Assembly (NCBI GenBank): GCA_963693365.1
Contig: CAVNZM010000006.1
Span: 7,171,264-7,235,263 of the forward strand
DNA: 64,000 nt
Origin: Amoebidium appalachense
Lineage: Eukaryota; Protista; Ichthyosporea
Direction of reading: 5' to 3'
Made by a program: the position numbers and the translations under genes. The notes beneath the pieces were generated by a model. That model was not told the DNA's origin and made no database searches. It saw nothing but the letters and a program-made list of their open reading frames with translations. Of this stretch, positions 57,050 to 64,000 are shown piece after piece; positions within the stretch are counted from its first letter, which is position 1; each line of letters starts with the position of its first letter.

Positions 57050-58256
57050 CAGATGAGTGAAAACGACACGAAAAAAGGGTTATTTGTGCACAAACAAAAG
57101 GTAGCCTGCGTCCAAAAAAACCAAAAACAAGAGAAGTGAAGGGGAGGACAGAAAATACCGTGTTGAATTCGTTTCTAGTTAGCATGTAGTGGACTTATAT
57201 CTAGGTGGTGCTATGTGCAGGTATTAAGAAACAAAAAAGTGTAACTCGAGCTCCAAAACACAACACGTCACTCGTTTTGCAATTAGTCCGTTAGCGAGGT
57301 GCTCACATGAATGGTTCGCCTCCAAAAAGCTCCTCCCCTAGCCATATAAACGTTAAAAAAAACTTATTTTCTAACTTTTGGAAAATAAAAGGTACTAAAA
57401 GATTTAGATTCAATTACAAGCAAATAAACATCTCTATACTCGAAAAAATGTTCTGTGACCGTTACACGGTTCAAAATTCGCCACCTCCCACTGCTTGTGC
57501 ATGACGCGAGTACTTGGGCCAGACTGCACAGTGAACTGCTGGTGGGCACCACTCCAGGGGTTGAATTACGACTCAAAATCGTCGCATTTACGACTAAGCC
57601 CAGGGGGTCAAAACGAGTAACGCTGTGAGGTGCTGTATTGGTTTTTCGTAGTCATAGCAGTAAAATAGGTCACATTAATTTATTTTGGTGTGTTTTCATA
57701 CAAAAATGGGTGTTTTCCAAGGTAAAAGGTGGTCAGGTGGTTATTTTGGCACTCAAGGGTGGAATATGAAGCCCTGTTTTGTCTATCGGGGTGTGTAATC
57801 TCTAAAGAAGTGTAAAATTATCTGAAATGGGTTGTCGAATTTAATAACAAAAGGGGTCTATACGAGTTGTGAATGAGACGAACCCTGCCATTACGATTTA
57901 GAAATTCTGACAATACCATTGAGTTTGAGGTAAAACGGGTAGCGCAGCCAAAACCGCACAACCCCTGCCCCACTCGTGATACACATCCAATAGTTGATCA
58001 ATAAATTATAGAAAAAATTTTAAATTTTACGAACGCTTGTATGACTCCGATCGCTTTCATCTATATTGAGCAGTTCGATTTTGCCGGATTTCTTGCTGAT
58101 AAAACGTTTTCCCACCGTGACCATGGCCAGCCAGCTGCAGAGCCGCACACTGAGCCTCTCAAAAAAAAAGCGAACAGAAGTTGTGATGTTCACCAGAAGA
58201 ACTTTTTTTTGCTTAACCTCCCTCTAAGACACCCAATACCCACCACTATGTTACAG

Positions 58257-61200
58257 CTATAACTTCTTTGGCGTCCAATATGAAGCCTGTTGTCAAAACC
58301 CTGCACGGAACCCTGTGGTGCCTAATGTTAGTTCCAAACATGGCAAGTGCATCTGTCTATTTTCTTGCTTGCCAGACGAGGTCCAGCAGTTAATCTTTGA
58401 ATATGCCACTGGAATGTGTGTTAAGTCTCTCGGATCTCTTGCCCTCGTCTGCAAAGGCTTCTATAAAATTGTCTGCGACCTCATCCACCGAACATTCCAC
58501 AGAGCACCACTGCCTTTTCTAAACCGAAACCCCAACATCATGATCAGTGACGCACTGCTGCTGGGCTACTTGAGCAATGTCAAAACACAGAGCAAACAAC
58601 ATGACAAAACCCGCGCATTCATGTCTAATCCCCGCCTCCTTATTGTTTCCTCCGCCGCCGGTCGCGAACGAAGTGTAGAATTCCTGCTCGAAAATGGGAG
58701 TTTCTCTTCCGCCATTATCAAGAAGATAGCCCAGATGTTTGCGCTGTGTTACGGCCACCCTAGCCTGGCCGAATCTTCTGTGTATGCCATCCCTGTGGTG
58801 GGAACAACCAGACCGGCGGTGTGGATGATGATTCCTTGTCTTTCTCGATCTCGACCGCACGGTATACGGCAGTCTCGGAGAGGGGTAGGGTGGCAGAGCG
58901 TGATCTAATTGTGCCCATGGTTGACTGTCCAGAAATAACAGACCCGGTGCTAATTCCAGGGATCAAGGGTGGTTTGGATCGCTTCTTTGACCTTTTTCAT
59001 TCATTACGGAATGAATGAACGCCGAGCAGCTACTTAGCCACGAAGTAATTGCGCAGATTTCATTGCATGCCAGCGCGTTTTCGGCCTCCGGCTATGAAAC
59101 CGACCAGGTAATGTGCTTGACTATTTGTTTCCCTTCATTCCAGCATATTTTCTCCGACAAGTGGTAATCAACGAGGAACTGAGTAAGCTCATGGAGCGCA
59201 TAGTGAGAGATCTGATCATCGGGATCGATGCTAGTGATGATGTTAACATACGCACTCGAGCGCTCCTCAGAGCTCCTTGCCAGACGGGAGCTGGAACAGG
59301 TTTTCTCGTTGATGAGCAGCCTTGTCGAGTCTGAAAAGTGGTATGTGGTGCGTCGCCTGCTTACGGGGTTGAAGGCGTTCGCTCTTTCCAGCGACAACGG
59401 CATCCAGAGCGCCATTTACGGCAAAATCCTGCAGGTTGCCGCATTCGACGTGGCCAAGCGAGCGTTGTTGGCCAAGCATGCGGAAACGCTTGAATACCTG
59501 CTTGGCCAGAAACAGTGGTGGGGTGGGCGGCGCAGCAAGCCGCCAACAGCCCCAAGTTGCTGAGGGCGGCATTGGGATCTGCAGGCACGCTCGATGTTGA
59601 CGGGCTACGGTGTGTGGAGGTGTTGATAAACGATTACGGAGTCTCGGGCACGGCGCAGCAAGGGGTTTCCGACGAAAGGCGGCTTCCACCAGATGCCCCA
59701 CCTGAAATCTGCGCCAGGATGGCGTGGCGAGAAGAGATTCTGACGCTCGTCAAGCCCAATGGCAAGAGAGACGCAACCTCCATCCTCCAGGAGATTGAAC
59801 AGCACCAGGCATATGGGCTGCTTGGCTGACCCCAAGGCTACGTACAGCATGGCGCTCTCGTTTGCCGCTGGAGACAAGAGCTTGGACCTGGTAGAGCTAC
59901 TTTTGCGCAAACACGGAGGTGAAATTGCCGTGTCGGCGCACCTTGCCATGTTGGGGGCCCCTCTCAACTTGAAAGGGATCCATGGCGTGGCCAATGCCAA
60001 TGCCAGAACTACCGAGCATGTGTTCATGTACTGCACCATCTCCCGTTCGAAACCACCCGCTACATCTTCCCATCTCTTCTACATCCCCTTTTCGACGGCC
60101 TAGTTCCCGAGGGTTTGCCCATTCACCCCACGCTCTTGGACCCTGTTTTGGGCAGAAAACTCGTTTTGGCGGCGGTTGAGGTAGACCGGCTGCTTGTTGC
60201 CGAGTTGGGGCAAACACGTGCCACATCCATGCAGGTAGACGCTTTGCCTCTTTGTCTTGGTGCGCTTATCTACAACCGGAGGTTGTGGTGCCAGGTGAGC
60301 AGGCGGTGGTTCAAGGGCTTATGGATGTGGGGTTGTGTTTGCCGATGGGGACTATCACCGACGCCAATGACCCAATTGCGTTTTCGGGGCGAGATGCTAC
60401 GAGGGGGCTGTCAAGGCGATGAGATCGCTGATTGCTGCCCATGTTGTCCAGAGATGCCCGCCCGCTCGCGTTCCTCGGGTCAACAAGCAGGCGGCGGGGC
60501 GGGGGGACGGGGGCAAGTGGCCGGTTTTCAGTGCGGAGGATCTTTTGCGCGTGGTGAAGGGGCTACAGGTTGTTGTTGGGTTTGCTTCGGGGCCAGACCG
60601 CAACAAGGTGTTAAAGGTGGCGTCCCCTTTGGTGGAGCAGATGCTTGCTCTGGGGGAGAACATGGACTTGAGTATGATGTTGTTTGGGCACGGCGCCTTA
60701 AAGCTGCAGCGGAGTGAGTGGAGGCTGCTGTATGAGAAGTGTTCGATGGGTCCCATGGCTGACTATCTGTGTGCGCTGGCGCTTGCGTGTGCGGGTGGCC
60801 CAGGGCAGGACGGGGTTGTGAGGGATAACGGTAAGATGCACAGGTGTTTTCCTGGTTGCTGTGCGATATGTGGGACCCAAATACTACGGCGCTCTCTCCC
60901 CGAGTTGTCGCAGCGCTTGAAACTGTTGCGAAACGCTGCCCCCTTTTCCTCCCTGCTGCTACTAGCCTCTGTACTGTTGGGGCGGAACCGGACGCGCAGG
61001 GAGATGTGGGTTCTGAGTCGTGCGTGCACGTTGTGAGAAAGCTTGGGCGTGCGCGGAAAGTGAGCGGGGGGAGTGTGCACGGTACACGTGTTCTCGGCTG
61101 GGCTCTAAGGGAGGGTCAAGACACCAAGTTGGCCATGTGTCGTCTTGACGCCTACCCAGTCGACGTCACCGACCAAGGAAACGAGTTTCTCCCCTACGTG

Positions 61201-61814
61201 CTGTCGTTCTCATCCCCCTTTCCCCGTCGAGTTTCTGTCCGAGCTCTACCCAGCCGACGTCGATCAAAACGGGTGCTGCAGCTACAGCTGCCCACAAAAC
61301 GGCGAAGAGAAACTTAGGCTGCATCTGCAAGCCGCCACGTACACAGACCATTCGGTGATTGTTCCCATTCTCCAACGCGCTCTGCCCATAACCCACCACC
61401 GCTCGCGCGCGTGGCGGGGTTTGCGACCCCCAGGCGACGCTTTCGCTGTTCCTCGGTCGGTTCATCTTTTTTATCGGCGACGGCGCGGACGACGGAACAC
61501 TGCGGAAGCTCGGGATGGTTCTGGAGTGGTTTAAGGATTGTGAGGTTACACCCGCGATGGCGTATTCGGCGTTTGACTGCGCGTCCAAGTGCACGTGCAA
61601 GACACGTGATATGGGGGACATGGCGAGGATCATGGGGGTGTTTTTGGAGGATCGGAGGTTTGGCGCGGTGGTGTTGGGGGAGGGGGAGCTGGTGTGGTTG
61701 CTGCACTGCATGCGGCCGTATAAGGAGGTGTATGGGAAGTTGCTGAGGATGTGCCCGAATCTACCAAATGTGCCTTTGTGGGCTGAGTCCACTGTCAAGT
61801 TCAGAGGGGTGTGA
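58257..61814 (+). pseudogene. Frameshift-disrupted, apparently intron-free F-box + ankyrin-like repeat protein (~1150 codons if repaired)
   Basis: N-terminal F-box LFSCLPDEVQQLIFEY...SLALVCKGFYKIV; ankyrin-like segments LLIVSSAAGRERSVEFLLENG, MALSFAAGDKSLDLVELLLRKHG, VLGWALREG; protein-like reading continues across about a dozen overlapping ORF pieces to a stop at 61814. Confidence 0.7.
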
Positions 61815-62733
61815 TGACGAGGTATGTGGTGGTGTGGTTGTGGGTTGTGTTTGGGGCTTGTTTGTTTGCTTTCTGGACTTTGCCAGTGTGTCTGTTTTCG
61901 TTTTGAGTGTGTGGGGTGTTTGCTCTCGGGATGGAGGGGTGTGTGAGAAGTAGGGAGCAGGAGGGGAAGGGGTGGGGGGGGGAGGGGGGGGGGGAAGGAA
62001 GGGGGGGGGAGAAGGGCAGGACGGGGAGGGGAAGTGTGGTTGGATGCATGAATAAAAAGCATTGTTGTGGTGGGTTGGATTGCAGGAGTGCCCGGGGGAG
62101 GGGGGGGGGGGGGGGAGAGGGGGGAGGGGGAAAGGGTAGTATTAATTTTGTTAGGGAAAAGATTTAGGCATGGTGGACGCCCCCAACCTTGAGAATGGGG
62201 GGGGGGGGGGGAGGGGGGGAAAGGAGGTGAGGTTGTGTGTGGAAGGATGGAGGGAGAATAGGGGAGGGGGAAGGGGGGCTAGTTTTATCCGTATAGCAGT
62301 GGTGTGGGTGGGCTTCAGGAGAAGGGAGGGTGGGGAAGAGGGGGGGGGGGGGGGGGGGGGGGGGGTTACAAGGTGTGGTTTTGGTGCTAATCGATCGGTG
62401 ATATTGTGATTGCGAGAAGGAGGGTTAAATGGCGTGGTCACTATCAGAACATACTGCCTTGTGTGCATCCAAGAGTGTTTTGGTGGGTGCATGCTGCAAT
62501 GTGGCTGTGTCTGTGTGCTTGTAACGCATGTATATGGTTCTGGGTATGCATCGGGAAAATCAAGCTCTACGGTGGTATGTATACGAGAGCAAGGACAGAG
62601 GGAGGGAGGGGGGAAAGGGGGGGGGGGGGAAGGGGGGGGGAGGGGAACTGGGGGACAGGGGGGGGGGGGGGGGGGTATTATTGTTCTAACGGTTTGTAAT
62701 CGGATATTGCCTTGATGCACCTATTATGCATGG

Positions 62734-62781
<48 letters not shown>

Positions 62782-62967
62782 GTGCGCGCGCGTGTGTGTG
62801 TGGTGGTGGTGGTGGTGGTGGTGGTGGTGGTGGTGGTGGTGGGGGGGGGGGGGGGGGGGGGGGGGATGAATGTGTTGATCTCCAGAGGGACACTTTTGTG
62901 GGGATGTGACCGTGTGTGTGTGTGTGTGTGTGTGTGCGTGTGTGTGCGTGTGTGTGCGTGTGCGTGT

Positions 62968-62998
<31 letters not shown>

Positions 62999-63229
62999 GT
63001 CAATGTGGATGGAGTGGGACCAAGTTTTGATTGGTTTTGACTAATTAAACATTTCTGAATTCAACGGTTGTTTTTATTCATCATGTACGCTTGCAGGCAG
63101 ACTAATTGGGTTTCATTTGCAGTGCCTGGAATGGGCCGCCGTGGTTGGTCGCTACATCCTATGGGCTACCGGCACCACTCGACATGACTCCATTTGCTTG
63201 CCACATGCAACATAATCTGTCTGCTACCC

Positions 63230-63585
63230 ACGTTTTGGCTACCACGCGCGACATGATTCTATTGGCTACAACGAGCGACGTAATTCTGTTGGCAACATGC
63301 AACGGGCTACCTCGCGCCACATGTTGACGATATGATTTTATTGGCTTTCCACGGTTTGTCTACTCCACACGTGACATGATTCGATTGGCTAAGCACAAGT
63401 TGGGCCTGAAGGCAAAGTGGGTTTATTGGCTGCCGTATGCGCGAGATGATTCTATTGGCTATCGATGCGACACGATTCTATTGGCTACTGTAACTGTATG
63501 AAGGTCACGACTGAGCTGGGTGCTGTGTGTGAAGGACAGCTTTCATTGGCTATCTCTCCCCCGGGAAAGTGATTTGATTGGGTTT
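63230..63585. repeat. Degenerate ~27-bp repeat array carrying ATTGGCT (AGCCAAT on minus strand), about 8-9 copies
   Basis: gacatgattctattggcta and variants near 63250, 63330, 63373, 63445, 63470, plus tttattggct and ttcattggct. Confidence 0.75.
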
Positions 63586-64000
63586 GGATGGCTGTGCTAC
63601 TCACACAGTTTTGTATGAACACCTGCTTTTTGTAAGGGGCCTTATACACAGTTATATATTCCAACTTAAATCCAAACGCGATTACCATTTTTATGTACGT
63701 TTTTGGAACATGAAAGTTTTTTTTTTTGTATTCCCTTTCCCAGTTGATGACCGTTTATTGCTTCTTTTCTTTTTTCTTTCCCCGAGACCCGGTTTGTCTA
63801 ATTTATAGGGGGAGAAGTTGCTTATCTACTTGTACGAAACCCAAAGAGAGCAGTGGGTTGCAATTGGCTGGAACAACCCTTGTGCTTTGGCTTAGAGTTT
63901 GTTTGGGTTGTGAATTTTACGTATGGAAATATCACACGGCATAATGAAGTGTTCGTGAATCTACATCCGGAGCACTGAATTATGAATCAGATGTACCCCC

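Overview
Eukaryotic, intron-rich genomic DNA. The species cannot be determined from sequence; the gene content looks animal-related, and a unicellular holozoan is only a guess. Most ORFs in the supplied track are artefacts of (CA)n/(TG)n, (GA)n and poly-G/poly-C tracts. Splicing exons by hand gives: a 5'-truncated iodotyrosine deiodinase (+, to 5830); an 11-exon mitochondrial sirtuin SIRT4 (+, 12250-21623); a 3-exon Ser/Thr kinase lacking the Gly-rich loop (-, 29345-28098); a 20-exon, ~755-aa RCC1-repeat + TBC1D12/14-type RabGAP fusion (-, 51812-33042); a 3-exon unknown low-complexity protein (-, 57049-54719); and an apparently intron-free, heavily frameshifted F-box/ankyrin-like sequence (+, ~58257-61814). 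Notable non-coding structure: a 132-bp near-perfect TTAA-bounded hairpin just after the IYD stop; a ~140-bp conserved-core/variable-spacer array with an internal inversion (8.9-10.3 kb); CCAAT and TTCTGC/GCAGAA arrays; and 3' splice sites made either of near-pure (CA)n or of a close branch point with no polypyrimidine tract.
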